From positions 2,666,001 to 2,730,000 of the forward strand of contig CM119386.1 in NCBI GenBank assembly GCA_051294905.1: 64,000 nucleotides of DNA, in the 5' to 3' direction. This document shows, one piece after another, positions 24,355 through 39,300 of the stretch (position 1 is the stretch's first letter; each line of letters starts with the position of its first letter). A model generated the notes under the pieces. That model searched no databases. It was not told where the DNA came from and saw only the letters and a program-made list of their open reading frames with translations. Position numbers and translations under genes: made by a program. The DNA comes from Botryllus schlosseri (lineage: Eukaryota).

Positions 24355-27300
24355 TTACAGTTTTACATCTAAGCGAGTAACAATGCCACATTGTTTGCCA
24401 ACATCTGACGGTATGGTGCAAAGATCTCACCTGGAACGGACCCTTGCGGAGCTTGATTGGCCGATGAGCCATTTTCCAAAAAGTCAGCACACGATGATGT
24501 GTCCAGAGCTGATTCAAATACGGAAGATGAAATGCAGTTTGCAAATACTCAGAATAACAAAAGCGAAGCAAAGACTACCGTTGTACATCTCCATGACTTT
24601 TTCGGCTATCGTCTCCGATAAGATTCGGTCAACCGGCAAAATATGACGGATGTCCTGCGGGACTATCTCTTGATAGTGTTGCATTTTCTGGGAGATCGAC
24701 AGGAATATCAGCGAATTCGGCATCAGAAATGTAACAACTATTATTATTAGAAAAAAGCAGAGGTGGTCAGTAACGAAGTACTTCTACTTTTTCGAAGTAC
24801 TCAAGTAGTTTTCCTCTACTTCTGGTACTTACTCAAGTAGATCTGATTTTCGCTACTTCTACTTCGTAGTATTTTGTGATCTACTTACTTACTTTTCGCT
24901 ATTTTCAGTTTGTCAAGTAGAAGTAGTTCAATCTTCCAATCAGGAAGATAGCCTGAGGAATTTCGGGTCTGTTTTCACGGAGTAACAACATTTGATTTTC
25001 ATAAAAGTTTAGTAAAGCCCAGAATTTTCGTCGTGCTTCACGCGCAGTGCTGGATAAGGAGTGACCCGTATGATTTCACGTAAGTATCGGTGAATATAAT
25101 TTAGGTAGAGCAGGGGTGGCCAACCTTTTCAGCCAAAGGGCCACATTCGATTGACGAACTATTGCGCGGGACACTATCCGCGTGAAGCGCGAAAATTTTT
25201 CGAAGCCCATAGGTCAAATATTGTCACTTGACTATAATGCGGGCCTGCTGTATATCGCTGGGCTCGAGACAGGTCGCATATGTTGAACGACACTTTGTCT
25301 CGTAATCGCGAATATAGTTAGACTCAATCTGATACATTAGGCGTTCTTTCATTTTCACAAAGGGGTAACAATATTAAAAGCAAGAAATCGAGTGACAACA
25401 TGTTGCGCCAAGCGTGGAGAAAGTTTTTAGCTTTGATAAATCTTTCGCAAATTATTCTGCTTTATTGTAGTGTACGAAGATCTACCCAAATGTGACTGGC
25501 TCATGGATCTGCCAATGCGTCGGAACTGATATTTTAGTCATCCCATCTCAAGTGTTGCGGCCAGACTAATCAAATTTTGGTTGGCCTAGCAAGCTCACAA
25601 TCTGTGCAATCCATTTTTGATAATTACTAATTTCGGAAATTACCTCGCGTGCCACTCAAAATCTTCTCGCGGGCCACGGGTTGGCCGGCCCTGAGGTAGA
25701 GGGTTGACGTGGTTCCGTTCACACCACATTGTCGCCCTTCGTCCATATCAAATAATTCATCACAGTATATATGGCTCATCATAACGTTTGAAACTGATGT
25801 TGCGCAATCTAGCATTTACTTGTCATATCGTAATCTAGCATGTCCATTGTCCATGGCGTGTCCAAATCTCGAAAAGTGGACTCTAACTTTTTTTTTAGTT
25901 TTAGAGCTGTTTTAGCATACCACCTTTGAAACCTTCTGGACTAAAAACATGAAATACATGTTCTGCATTTTGAAGTAGTATTTATATTTCACTTTCAATT
26001 CCCAGTATCATATACTTTGAGTTATAATTATTATCAGTTCTTTTGTCCGGATAGCATACATGTTGAAGAATAAAAGCAAGTGTAGTAATGCCTTTAATTT
26101 CTGGAAATAAAGCTACACAATATGGCATTTTTACGGTCCACCATATTCTTTATTAACGTTTACTAATCGCGCAAAGTGTTTACACCGTATCCTATACAAC
26201 GTCTCCGTATTGCTCTTCGGCTAAACTACGGGCCTTATAATATGGGTAATGGCGCCATACCATGCTATTTTCTAAAATGTGCTGTTCGAAAAAAAAAAGA
26301 GGATTAGCATCGCATTTCGATATCAATACTATCATTTTCATCCCATGATGTGGACGAATACTTATGTTGTCGAAAATTGGATACCTGCTGGTATGCATCA
26401 ATATGAATCAAGCTCGTCACCTTTCGCATAACTCAATTTGAACCTTTTTACAATCCACGTGGACGAATTAGGATCGTTTTCACAACTACTTACTTACTTG
26501 AGTACTTTTAAAGTCAGTCAATTTTACTTCTACTTCAAGTAGTTTTAGGTTGCTTAGGGAAGAAGTACTTTTCTCGTGCTTGAGTAGATTTTTTCGTCGC
26601 TACTTCTACTTCTACTTGAGTAGATTTCTTGACTACTTTGACCACCTCTGGGAATGAGACACAACAATGTTGTATTAATAGGTAAGAAAATGAATGTTTC
26701 AGTGAATATGAGCATGGATTGTGAAATGCTGCACTTGGCGAATTTGGGATTCGAAATATAGAAATGTATACGCAAGCCATGCATCGATATACTTTGAATC
26801 AATTTGTGAACACGCCGGTCCGCGACAACTTTCCTGCCGGTCCGCCAGGTAGTTATATTCATACCTTAATTTCAAGATGCAATATGGGGAAGGCTTACCA
26901 GTTATTAAAACAAATGAAAGACCAAATTTTAAACAGATTCAGAGCTTCGCGAGATAACAATAAGTCTGGAAACATGTTCGATTTCATTTGAAGTTCAAGC
27001 CGTGTCATTTGCCGACATGCGAGCGACCAGTGCTAGCAGACTCGCTAAACCGCGCAGTTTGCACGATAATTCCTTTTCGATTCATTCATTTTGTGCAGGA
27101 CTGTAACTGCCGCACCCCAAACCCCCTTATTGATGGTGGCCGAGCTTCAAGGAGGCTCAAAATTATTTCGTTATTAAGCATTAATTATTGAGTATTTTTT
27201 AACCTTTTCTTCAACTTTTTTCAAAACATTTTTCGCGGTAGGCGCGATTTGTTGTCACTAAATGTCTTGATTATTTATTCCCTTCCTGCAACAAAAACGC

Positions 27301-30300
27301 ATGATTTATTTCAATAGGCATTTGCCGTCAACCATTACCGCGCCGCAACGCATCAACACATAATGAAGTAGGCTAACGTATGAGACTCCCAAAAGTGCCA
27401 AAATTTCGTCAGCGTGAAAACCTTTGCCGAAAAGGACTGGCATTTGTTGACCAAAAACATCGATAAAAATATATATGTCTAATGTCTAAGTGTCCATTGA
27501 CGCCTAAATGGCTGGCGCCAAATCTTGCTGTCCTGGCAATCTGTACCCCACAAGACAAATGCCATCCAACAGACAAAAAATTAATTTCCAGTGAAGAAAT
27601 GCTAATTTGGAATCGTGCGCGTCTTTCAGTTTAGTACGCTTAGGAGATTTCAATTTATATTCACTTTTTCACAGACAGAATGTCACGAAATAATGACGTG
27701 CCCTGTCCGAGACGACTCTAATAATTCAGAGAGGATACAAAATTTGTAACAATATATATGCAATTACCAATATCATTGATCGATTCAGTAATGAATTATA
27801 GAATATTTTCGTGTTCGCGCGATTAGGCCACATAAACTCTCTGCCTACACTTAGTAGAATGAATGTGCTCACAAGTACTGGTGAACTGAAAACATCCATC
27901 CAACAGCGATATCAACGTTTTTGGGGATAGATCGACGAAGTACTTTTTCGGCGCTGATTTTGTGGATGGCCAGGTATAGCTGTTGTCGGTCATTTTCGTG
28001 TCGTATACATTGTATTCGTAGTAGCCATAGCAGCCTACATTTGATGTAGTGGGCAATGAGCAAGTTAGCACGACAAGATGCTTGGTTCTATTTGGAAACG
28101 CTTCGTCTCTTGATATTGTCGAAGAAAGTGATATTATTCGAGTAGGTGTAGTCGGTTAAATCCACGGTCTTCTGCGTGAAAGACTGTAAACGACTCTCGG
28201 CGGTCGACTCAGCAGCCTCACTACCGTAAAATCAGATGGATGTCATCATGAACATAATTAAGTGCTCAAAATGCCACTCTCTAGCACCACATACTCTCAA
28301 AAAACGGTTGCAAACTTCACACTTATGGTTGATTGCAACCGGTCCGCCAAATATATTTTGAAATTTTACCGGTCCGCGAGGCGAAAAAGGTTGAGAACCA
28401 CTGATTTAGAGTTAGAAGTTAGGGTTAGGATTAGGGCCCGCCAAGTGCGAATTCACTGGGAAACACAGATAGGGTGTGTCAAGTCGCGACTGCTATACAT
28501 TCAGCTTGTAGGTAGACTCACGCTTTTCAAGGTGTGGTGGATTAACGGAGATATATTCGCGTAGAGCGCCGATCGCATGACGTCGTTCAAATATTGCTTC
28601 GTCGTAGACTTGGCGTCGTGGGCGAATTTCTGAAATCGAAAAAAACTGGTTTACACCAGAACTAATCCTGTTCGACTTGATAGTTTTTACAGTTTTAGTG
28701 TGCGGACAATGACATGGTTTATGAAAAATTCTGAAAACTCGGTACCGTATTTGCATCGAACCAAATTCCAGCGGATTCTTTCCTGCACAATCAGAAATTT
28801 CAAGCATTCTACTCTGTACTTAGCGGCCTCCGGAACCCTTCATCGAGCATTATTCGAAATTTTCAAGCATTCCATGAATAGACAGGCTGCTCACTTCATG
28901 CTAACCAATTGAAAGACTTCACCCTACATGGTATAGAAAGTACAAATAGCACATAATACACCAATTTTTGAGAAGCTAGATTCCATCGGAATAGGAGCAT
29001 AGGACGTTATTCATTTTTGTCCTTTTGTACTTCATGTTTTTGTGGCATACACACCGACTCGTCATGTACGCACACAGAATCTGCGCATATGCATAACATC
29101 AGTGTATAATATACATGTACAATTGTGTATATGTACAGATACAGGCTTGCAAGTTTTCACCATCCCACCATGCTATCCTGGAAATGTTGAGCGCCAAGCG
29201 GGGCAGTCACAGATAACAGATTTACTGATAGATCTTTGGTCAAACCCAGCCGGGGATTGAACCCACCCCCTACCGTTCAAGAAGCCGGACGCTCCACACT
29301 TTCGTTATATTGTCGCCATAGTTCATGAATTATCGAATTTTACCCCAAAATAACGAATTCAACCATAAATACGCTCGTATCATCAAATCTCTCACCTTCA
29401 ACACGTGTGCTTGCACTTTAGTGGTGGCCTCCTTTTCAAGATAACCATTGCTCTTAGACACGGCTTCGCCGCACGATACCTCAAACGTGAACACCGCGTG
29501 ATCCAGCACCTGTCAAGGATGCCGCGCGAGTTGAGCATGCCTGGAACTGGCTACACTGCACAGGGATCGTAGGGAGACAGTATTGCTCGATGGCCCCCTG
29601 ATTTGAAACAGGGGTGGGCAATAATTTTTCAAAGCATAAAATACTGGCAGGGCTTGCCAAACGTACCTATATTCCGCGGCATATTCATTTTGCTTCTAAA
29701 TTGAAATCGGTAAACGACAACATCGTTTACACAGGCTGTGTGAAGTTGATATGTTAATTAATACATTAACATATTAATATTGAGTAATGAGAAAGTGGTG
29801 GTGTATTCACAAAAAGCCTAATGGATAGAAATGACTTGGTTACAGCACCCCCATGACAAATTACTTCCCACAAACACCCAGTATAAGTAGGCTCTTGATA
29901 TAGAGATAGTCGATAGTCGATAAAAAAACAATAAGTACACTACCCAGTACATGAGCGAACACATATCATCAAAATATACCAATAAAATCAAGAAAACCGT
30001 TAGCTCTATGCTTGTATCTGGAAATGGGACGCCACCGATGCCAAACAGCCAACAATACTTCACGAAAGAAAGAGATGGTATTTTCTATTTGGTTTGGGAG
30101 AATCTGCGAGCCACCACCTACTGCGTACGCTGTGTGACGGCATACATCACCTTCTGCGCTAGAACGCAAAGCTTCCGTTCAGAGTCAGACGCGGGCAATT
30201 TCGAGAAGACGCCTTTCGCCAGGCCTGCCAGCGACGAATTTGCAATATTGAAAACGCTTCGCATCACTTCAGGGTCCCTGGTGCGAAAATAATTCACAAA

Positions 30301-33300
30301 ACGTGATTGTATATCGATTGTTGATATACAATGTTCTTTCCAATTCTCTACTAGTTGCAGACGATTGGCGATATACAATGTTCTTTCCAATTCTCTACTA
30401 GTTGCTGACGATTACCCCTGACGAGTGTCAGCCGAAAATATTCGGGTTCATTTCAATATGAATATCCTATGCAATTGTATATTGAAGTTCTGTACCTCCA
30501 AGAAGCTCTTCATATATATATATCCATACAATATCATGAAGCATTATACACGGTAGCAAACTGTGTCAAAGCATGCATCGTTCACTGGACTGCGTCATTG
30601 CTTACTTGTGGCTGCTCACAATTCGCAATTATAACTTCGCTACAAACCCACCTTGGTGAACGATCTAAATGCTCCACGAAATATGTGTCGATGTTATTAG
30701 CAAACTCCACAGAGGCCGACGTCAATTTCTCCTTGACCATACTATCCGCGAGCAAAACAAAGGTCTCTCTCACCTCGTTAAACGTCGCAGATGCCTGAAA
30801 GAGAAAAGATAATTGCAACGGGTTGAGAAATGACACTGTACAACCAAAATCTCGTGTCTGTTATATTCAACGGCGATTTTCAGCTGCTGAATTCAAATAT
30901 GCAACCTATTTTGACCACTTCTAGATTTTGCGTTATCGACAAAAGTATTAAAATTAGAAATTGATTCTGCTCTAGTAAAATCATACGTGATACTGCGCAA
31001 TAAATTTGATGTCGTATAAAAGTGCACATTTGGTGGATAAAATCAGACGGAATGGCTTTGCAATTCTGGGACCTTTCAAGTCAGAAGTTATGTAGCAGTG
31101 CTGCATATTTACTCTTCGCGCATGGTCATTTGCACACAACTATTTAGCTTGACGTTTTTGCCTCTACAAATATGTAGTTTCCGCTTCATTTTTTCCATGA
31201 AAACAATAAACTCCCTGCTATATCAAAAACTAGACTCTCTCCCTTCCTTCGACACCTTTCTTGTTAAACGGCGTGCTATCCGGAGACCACGAAATACTCA
31301 CCAATTCTGTAACTTTTTCCACTATGTACGGAATTTCAGGCTGGTACCGACATTCAAATTCGTCTTGTATTTTTTCTGACATATCATCTAAAATACACAG
31401 ATAGATGTTAATGTATGGTCTTACAGAGAGGTGGTCGTTGATGGTGCCTTTCCAGAGACGCTCAGTAACTGAGTACTTCCACTTTTCGGAATGCTCAAGT
31501 AGGTTTTAGTTGCTTGCATTGATTATTCAAATGGTCATGTTTTTATACTACTTTTCCTTCTACTGTTTAAGGCTACTACTTAGTTCTTACTCTCTTGAAA
31601 ATAGCAGTTTTGTGGGTGAAAATGGCATAACAACAGCGTAACACAGACACTGTATCACATAAACTGAACTTATCTTCGAAAACTGTATGTATTTGTGATG
31701 ACGTTATCCTTTATAAGTCTATTAATTTCAAAAGTAGCCACGTCTCCGATCGACATTAAAAATGTACGGGGCCTCCGACAAATCTACTTCAAAAACTACG
31801 CAAGTTAGGGGTGGCTAACCCGTGGCCTTCAAGAATTGTTAAAATTAGTTTCATCATCAAAATACGTACTGCCAAGGTAATTTTTTGTGAATTTGCAAAG
31901 CCCACCAATAATTTGATTAGCCCGACCGCGAAATTTTGGATGTCGATGACTGAAATATCGTCCTAACATAACAAACTGATCATTTTCCACATCCATCTGA
32001 AGCAGTTTTTCCATGTCAAAAACAGGACGACACTAAACGGTGCAGTCGAAATCGTTTCGTGCGGCAGGAACCCACCTCTGATATTTTCCGAAACCGAATC
32101 GTAGGCAGCGTTGCATTGCGTCAAAGAAGACGATAATTGTGGCGTGAGAGCCTCCGCCTCTTTTTCCGCTTTTTTACGCAGCTCCGGGTATTGTTGCTTC
32201 ACAATTCCCTGCACGAGACGAGGTCGTCAACAAAACCAGGTGTGGTCCCAGTACAAGGATGCTTAATGCTTTGTAATCTCATGATGCATGCGTGTCTGTA
32301 CAGTTTTGAATTCAGAGACCTGTAGTCGCTAACCTGATGTCTCCGGTTAGCTATGAGTAGGCTACATTGTCGGCAGATAGTAGTGGACAGTTCATATTGT
32401 CTAATTAGAAAAATTGGAGTGATACGCCTTTAATCGAATTCAAATCTAATTTCTGGATTTTTCTGAAAATGGTGCTGGAGCACTATACAGTGTGAAAAGA
32501 GTCAAAACTAGAGTACAGACATTTGGTACTCTCATGCTCATGCGGACGAACTCCGACCCAATATAAAATGAACATGATTTTTTGTTGCATTTCTTTTTAA
32601 TGTGGAATTCAATTCAATCTGTATTACGTTTTTGCAAAGTCCGTAATTTGATTTCTCATATAATTTGGAAAAACTTTGTAGCTATAATTCCAATCAGCTG
32701 AAAATTTGCACGTGAAACTCAGATTGTCGTGCTTATTGCGGTCATGAAACAATTCGATTCGATTTGCGCAAAAGTTTTTGCGAAGCCAGTAATTGGCATT
32801 CCGATCTAATGGGGAAAAGCTTTGTAGCTATAATTATTATTCATACCTGATTTGGAAAGCTCAAAATTTTCTAGTCTAACTCAGATTGTCAGGTTGATTT
32901 TAGTCACGAGTTTGTATTTTCAATACTGCAAGACGCTGCAATGAATCGAATTTCCCTTTTAACATCGTTAATCCGCAATGAAGAACATGACTCATGTCTA
33001 AAACGCGAGGGTTTTACAAATTTGAAATTGCCGGCTAATGGAAGCGTCCTTAATCCTTATACCGTCAGATGTTCAATGGATCACAAGTCAAGTGCATAAA
33101 CATGTCTTTACTTGTAATCCACCGGCACATCGGATGTCAGACAGGTATCAACAAATCGTAGACGGTTGGATAGCAAATGGTTTCAAAGTCAATTGTCTGG
33201 CTTGCGAAGTGAAATATATCGTGATCTGACGAGAGGTTGCCAGTGACGAATAACTTCTGCATTTTCAGAGTACCGTACTCGAGTAGGTAGGAGTGATGAT

Positions 33301-36300
33301 TTTGAAACTACTTCCAGTGCTACTTCTACGGCTTTCAAGATGTAGACCTGAATGTCCCCTGAGGACGTCAAAATCTCCTATTTTTCGCCGTGAGTGTTAA
33401 GTGACGACATAGAAACAACTAAAATGGTAAATAACGACAGAAAAGACTCATGACAATTGCATAATTGATGCGAAGTTTGAGAAAAAGGCAACCCAACAGA
33501 AATGACCCTTTTATTTTGGTCAAACCACCACCGATCACCATTTTCCGCAAAATTCCACCGTTATTGAAGTGTCCTCTTTCACTGATCCAAAAATATGGTA
33601 ACCCCGGGGCCTACGATATTCACGGCCTTATCTGGTACATTACGCTTGCAAGAGCTAACAGGCCGATGCTCACAAAACAGAAATTCGCGATTATGCGCGA
33701 TTTCGCTTCTCGCTACCAGACGCCTCGCCTCAGATAAGCTGTATGTATTCGTACAACAGGTCAAATTAGTACCTTACCGCCAGAAAGTGACAAGAGACGC
33801 AGTTATCCACCGATTGCAGAAGTAGGCTAAGTAGTGAGAAAACACCGACATACTCATGTAAACCATTTTATTGCATGGTAAAATCAAGTCAAGCACGTGA
33901 AGAAGAATTGGTACACATGTCATATTAGAAACTCCTTGCAATAACCAACTTGTATCAAAAACAAACTTGCAGCATACAAGCTACGACCACAAGTACCGGT
34001 AATGAGAACAAAATGCATCACCGAAGTATGCCAGCTGCGTCTTGCTCAACTGTCGTTGTTTTAAAGTCCGTTTTTAAAGCATTTTTATGACAGAGGCATT
34101 AACTAGCTTCTGCTTGTTATTGAAATATATATATTTTCGCAATGATTTTGTCGTCAATTTCAAAGCTTGATCTCGATGATCATAACATGCAAAGTGCAAA
34201 GCCCCCCACCAAAAAAAAATAAAATAAAAATAAAAAACGAAACGACGCAAAACTTATTCACTGCGACTTAGGGTGAGGGCAGATGATTTTATCAGAACAG
34301 TCTAGGATCAAAAATCTGTATGAAACAAACTCGGCAAGTGGTTCTGCGGGAGTAAGCAGTCCCCCACGATCTCGAGTAAGTCGAAATAGCGTGAACTTGC
34401 TTTCCAAGTTACCCAGTCAACTACAGACACCTTCTCACTGTAAGGAGATAGAAATGATTCGGTAATTTCAATAGCCACTTCTTCAATGACTTTTTTGAAA
34501 TGGTAAAAATTAGTTGAGCTTGATGTCATATTTTAGGATGGAACAGAGCAGAATTATCTTTTCAGAATCGGTAACTTCTGTTGAACTAACCAGAAACCTC
34601 CCCCCACACATTTGCCTATAGCATGAGAATCGTCAACCAAGCATTAATCAGGTTCAAGAATGAAGCCATATATCTTCCGTGAGAGGCAAGTAACTTTTGC
34701 AAGCTTCAATAGTCGACTCATAGAATGGAGCAAGAGCTAAGTTGACATTCTGCTTGGATGTAGTAACGAGGCATATCACTTTTGGCGCTTTCCACAAATT
34801 TGAATCATTATCATGACATTCCCTGATTTTGTGAAGATTGCTCCATGCAATAAATCCGCTGGGTGATGATACACCTGAACAATCAACGGCGAATGAGAAT
34901 GGTGGAAAGACAAATTTCCTGGCTCGAAAAGTTCTTCCAGTAAATCGTGCTCGGATTGTCTCGCTCGGATTTGTCTCATACATTTTTGAGATATTTCGGG
35001 AAGTTGAATAATGTGTCACGTCACATGCACCTAGTCATCATTGAATTCCATACCGTGGAAAATTACACATTGATTACCCTCTTTTGTACATGGCATAGCT
35101 TTCTGTAGTGTGGGACTCGGTCAAATCTTATAAACTGCTCATTTTATCAGACAGCTCAAAATCTTTTAACTGATCATTCTGAAATATCCTTCTCTTCGGT
35201 GGTTTTCTGCAAGGGGTCATAGTCGGAATCAATGAAGGCCGTTGCAGGTCATGATCCGATCGGATGGTATGAACTGGTTTTCTATCCCAGAGCAGTTATT
35301 TTTTCGAAAGCCACAGTCTTTAATGTACTTTGCTTCGAAGTGCAACGCACAAATCACATAATTCTTCGTTGGCTTCCAATCACGTCCATTCACGAAAGAT
35401 ATCCATTTTTTGTAACTCCAAATCCTCAAATGGAAATTGAAACGTTTTGTTTAGTTATCAAATATCCAGCAATGCAACCATAAGCACAGCATTTATTGAC
35501 CATTATCAATTATTTTACCTTACCCTAAACCTGAGTCATCAAGTATATACAACCAGTCAAAATTAACTGGAAGAAAGGCCACATGAAGCTCACCACCAAT
35601 TCTTCACCATATACATAATACGCACCATAAAGAATTATTAGACCACTGCATAGCGGTATCCTACGTCACGCTGTAAGCCGGTCAAAACAACAGCTAAACG
35701 TTTTCCACTATATACGGAATATCGTCCCTGGAGCATTTATCTAGCTCAAAGCTCAAAAACATCAACTCAAACTTGAGGGGTCAGCTACAGAGTATTTAAA
35801 TCGCATTACTGTAGCCTGTCTAATAGTATAAGACGGTAAATTGACATCTTAAAACATAGCTATCAACCTTCAACTCGAAAACTCGCTTCAAAATGCGAAG
35901 AGTCCGGTATGAGAAGCGAAATCGAGACAATCGCCGATTGTCACGTTGAGAGTAATCGTCCTATCAAAACTTTCGCCCATTATTACGTCAAGAGTAATCA
36001 CGAATTTCTGTTTCGTGAGCATCGGCCTGTTAGCTCTTACAAGTGAAATGTACCAGACAAGGCCGTAAATATCGTAGGCCCCGGTAACCCTACCAGTAAC
36101 TGATTATAATTTCTAAAATTTTACATCTTATCACTAGGGTGGTTTTTTTTGGACATGTCAAAATTTGTCAAAATTGTAGCATTAGGTCAAAATTGTTCAT
36201 AAAGTCAAAATTTTTTTGACGTCTGCATTTCGTTTGCATCGTAAATTTTGCACTGTCGGTGAACTTATCATTTGATATTTTACAGCTTGTAGCCTACTTT

Positions 36301-39300
36301 ATAGGCCTACCGTTGTAAACGGCTAATTGTGAATCATAAACGGTCAAATAAAACAAATAGGTAGACATGGTTTTATGGTCAACGTACCGCAATTTCCTAA
36401 CTGAAGAAAGACTTCTTGGGCATTGTATCATTCTTATATTAAGAAGCGCATAATGAAAAATTGTGATGTAGACAACATTGTCAGAATAAAGCAACACGGT
36501 GTGTGACCAGCAGTGTACACACAACTTGAGTGTTGTCAGCCAACAACTGCTACTGTTGAACGTCCTTGGCAAGCTTCTTAGTAAGGACATGCACTTTCTA
36601 CCCATAAATGCAAGAAAGTATCTCTCGTATTATCTCTTGTATTACAAGAAAATTTAATTATTTCTACCATGTACGTATTGTAACCACTGGAATTCTTCAT
36701 AGGGCCAGATTTTGTTAAAATATTTTTTTTCATGTAGAAATTTGTCTGCTTCTAAGCCAAAAACGTTTTTTCAGGCCAAACTACTTCGTTAGGACAGCCA
36801 GTTCCAACCAGCAATGAAGATAAGTGGTACAATTTTCACATTATGTGGGGAAACACCTAATTTGCATACGTAGGGTCAAAATTTGGTCAAAATTCAGTTT
36901 GTTTAGGTCAAAAAAAGTCAAAATTATTATTTTTAGGTCAAAATTTACCTTTTTCAGGTAAAAAAAACCGCCCTAATTATCACATACCTGTTAGTTATTC
37001 TGCATTAGTGGAGATACAACTCTGGTAATGTCCGAATTTGCTACAAACTATTTACCCGAGTAAATTTCAGACCGCAAGCTTTCTACTTCCAGTACGGTAG
37101 TTTTTCCATGTCTTTCAATTCATTATTTTACTTGAAATTGAGTAGCAGTCAACGACATCACTTTTTCTTGTACTTAAGTATCATCAATAACAACCTCAGT
37201 GACAATACCGCGTATCTTACACATAGCTGCCTGTAGAAATACATTCACATTTTTTATTTAGCGACAATGAACATTCAAGTTGAAACTAAAGTCATTCATT
37301 CGATTGCTATCCCCCCCCCAGCAAGGACCTCAATGTTTTACAGGAAAACAGACCTAAACTTGACAAGAATGTTTCGTGTAGATATTTCCAAAGTGGTCAG
37401 AAATTATTTGGCAGAGATTCACTTCAAACTGGCAATAATTTCAGTTACATAATAGACTATATAATTTTCGATTCTAGGCACAAATGATTAGACAACGTAA
37501 GGAAAACCCATACAGTTATCTTGTATCGTTTGAATACTTCGTGATTCCGCACAAATTTAACAAACAGATTTATCATTCTTGCAAAACTCATCAGTACAGG
37601 ACTACACAGGTACTTTGAACTAAACATTTGTTATCCCTACAACGCCTAAGAGGTTCATTTGAGTTTAAGCACCTGAAACTACAAGTCCTATCTATAAATA
37701 TAGAATGCTTATGTCACTGACTGGCTGGTGACATAATCCTTGGAAAACATTTGCTTTGTCATCAAAATATCTTGGAGGTTGCAGTCAACACAATAATCAT
37801 TGAGACTCATTAATGCAATCTGGCATGTTCACGATGACACGAAAAATTGTTACAAAGTCAAATATTCCGTAAGTCAAAATATCTTAATACACAGCAGGCC
37901 TATGATTGCCTGAGGCACAAGCAAAGAAATACAATAAAATTTACCTCCACCGTGTCAATTAATCCCTTCGAGAGCATGGCCCACATTTTGTACTTTTTCA
38001 CCACGTCGCCTTTAACCTTGGTTTGCAACATGGCTTTACATCCGTTCGATAAGTATGCGGTGATGAAATAGGCTACTATCTGCAAAAGAAATTAGGAGCA
38101 ATAACCACAGACTCAACAACCGCGGTGCAGTGAGCAGGGATGCCATACCATCCTTATTTCTAAATGCCGTTCCTTATTTTGAAGGGAAATGTCTGATGAA
38201 ACTACAATGTCCTCATCTCTAAGATTTGTCCTTACTTTTGAAAAGGTGATATTACGACTGGACAAAAGTGTTGAAAATCTTTAGGAATCATCTCACAAAA
38301 ACTGCGGTCAACAGGTTATATTAGGACTGATGATGTGCTAGTGTTCGCGTTGTTGTCCTTAGTTTTTGTTCCATGTCAATGGCAACAGTTGTATCAAGAC
38401 TAAACCATGATTGCCACAGTTAATAAAACTCGAGGTGTAGTGGTGTACGCGGGGCTTTTCCGTTGAAAAGGATAGGAATGTGAATTAGTTAATGTTACAT
38501 AAGACTGAGCGTTACGTAAGACTGGATTTGTAAATGACTTTGACAAAACATATCTGCATCAACAACTGTGTTACTGAAATGAATGTTGGTGTAGTAAACC
38601 GGCAATGCGGCGTGCATTGCCAAATCATGACACAACAAACGAATGCAGTCTTCAGCGATTATTGAAAAGCGTCACGCTACCATTGCAATATACGAATTTC
38701 GATTACATCACATTCTGGATATTTGCTGACTCCGCACGCTAAGTATCATCGTGACAAAAGAATCTTCAGAAAAGTACCTTGCATCGCTCCATGACAAGAT
38801 AAACACATCATGCGCATGCACCCAAGGCAGGAAATCAGGCATCAACGCTTGAAAAGTGCCTCGGGACATTTACAGAAATAAAGGGATTAAAAACTACCTG
38901 CTCCTGCGTGCCGGTCATTTGTATTTGTAGATTACAATGGTCTTCGGCGTCGCACGCTTGCCTCACGGCGATCTCGAAGGCTTTATGTTGTATTTCATTT
39001 TCACAATGGACGCCTAAAAATATCCCGGCAAAAGTCATAAAAATAACTCGTCTTCGCGCACGCTAAATCTGTTTTGATAGCACAAAATTAGCCACACGGC
39101 CGACCGCAAAGTTATCGCCAATTCAAAAATAGATTACCCAAAGCATGCCGCACAAAAGTCAGCATGATCAATCAATAATTTCAATCGACGCACCAAACGT
39201 GCCGGTCTGACCTTATTATCAACACAGATCCCACTACGAAAAATCACAACACCGCCGTCAAAACATGACTCGGCATAGTACCTGCAAGATGACGGTGCGC

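Noticed and set aside
2632-27000. Idea that RNF31 is nested inside an intron of the galactosyltransferase gene
   Set aside because: An ATG plus TM-anchor exon lies at 8174-8271, so the coding region starts before RNF31; the genes are head-to-head.
30320-30415. Short tandem duplications (about 47-bp unit here; 15-bp unit at 46931-46960)
   Set aside because: Ordinary intronic or intergenic slippage duplications with no evident function.
31829-32014. Extra Niban exon between 32076 and 31387
   Set aside because: The flanking exons already join in phase and align to Niban without it.
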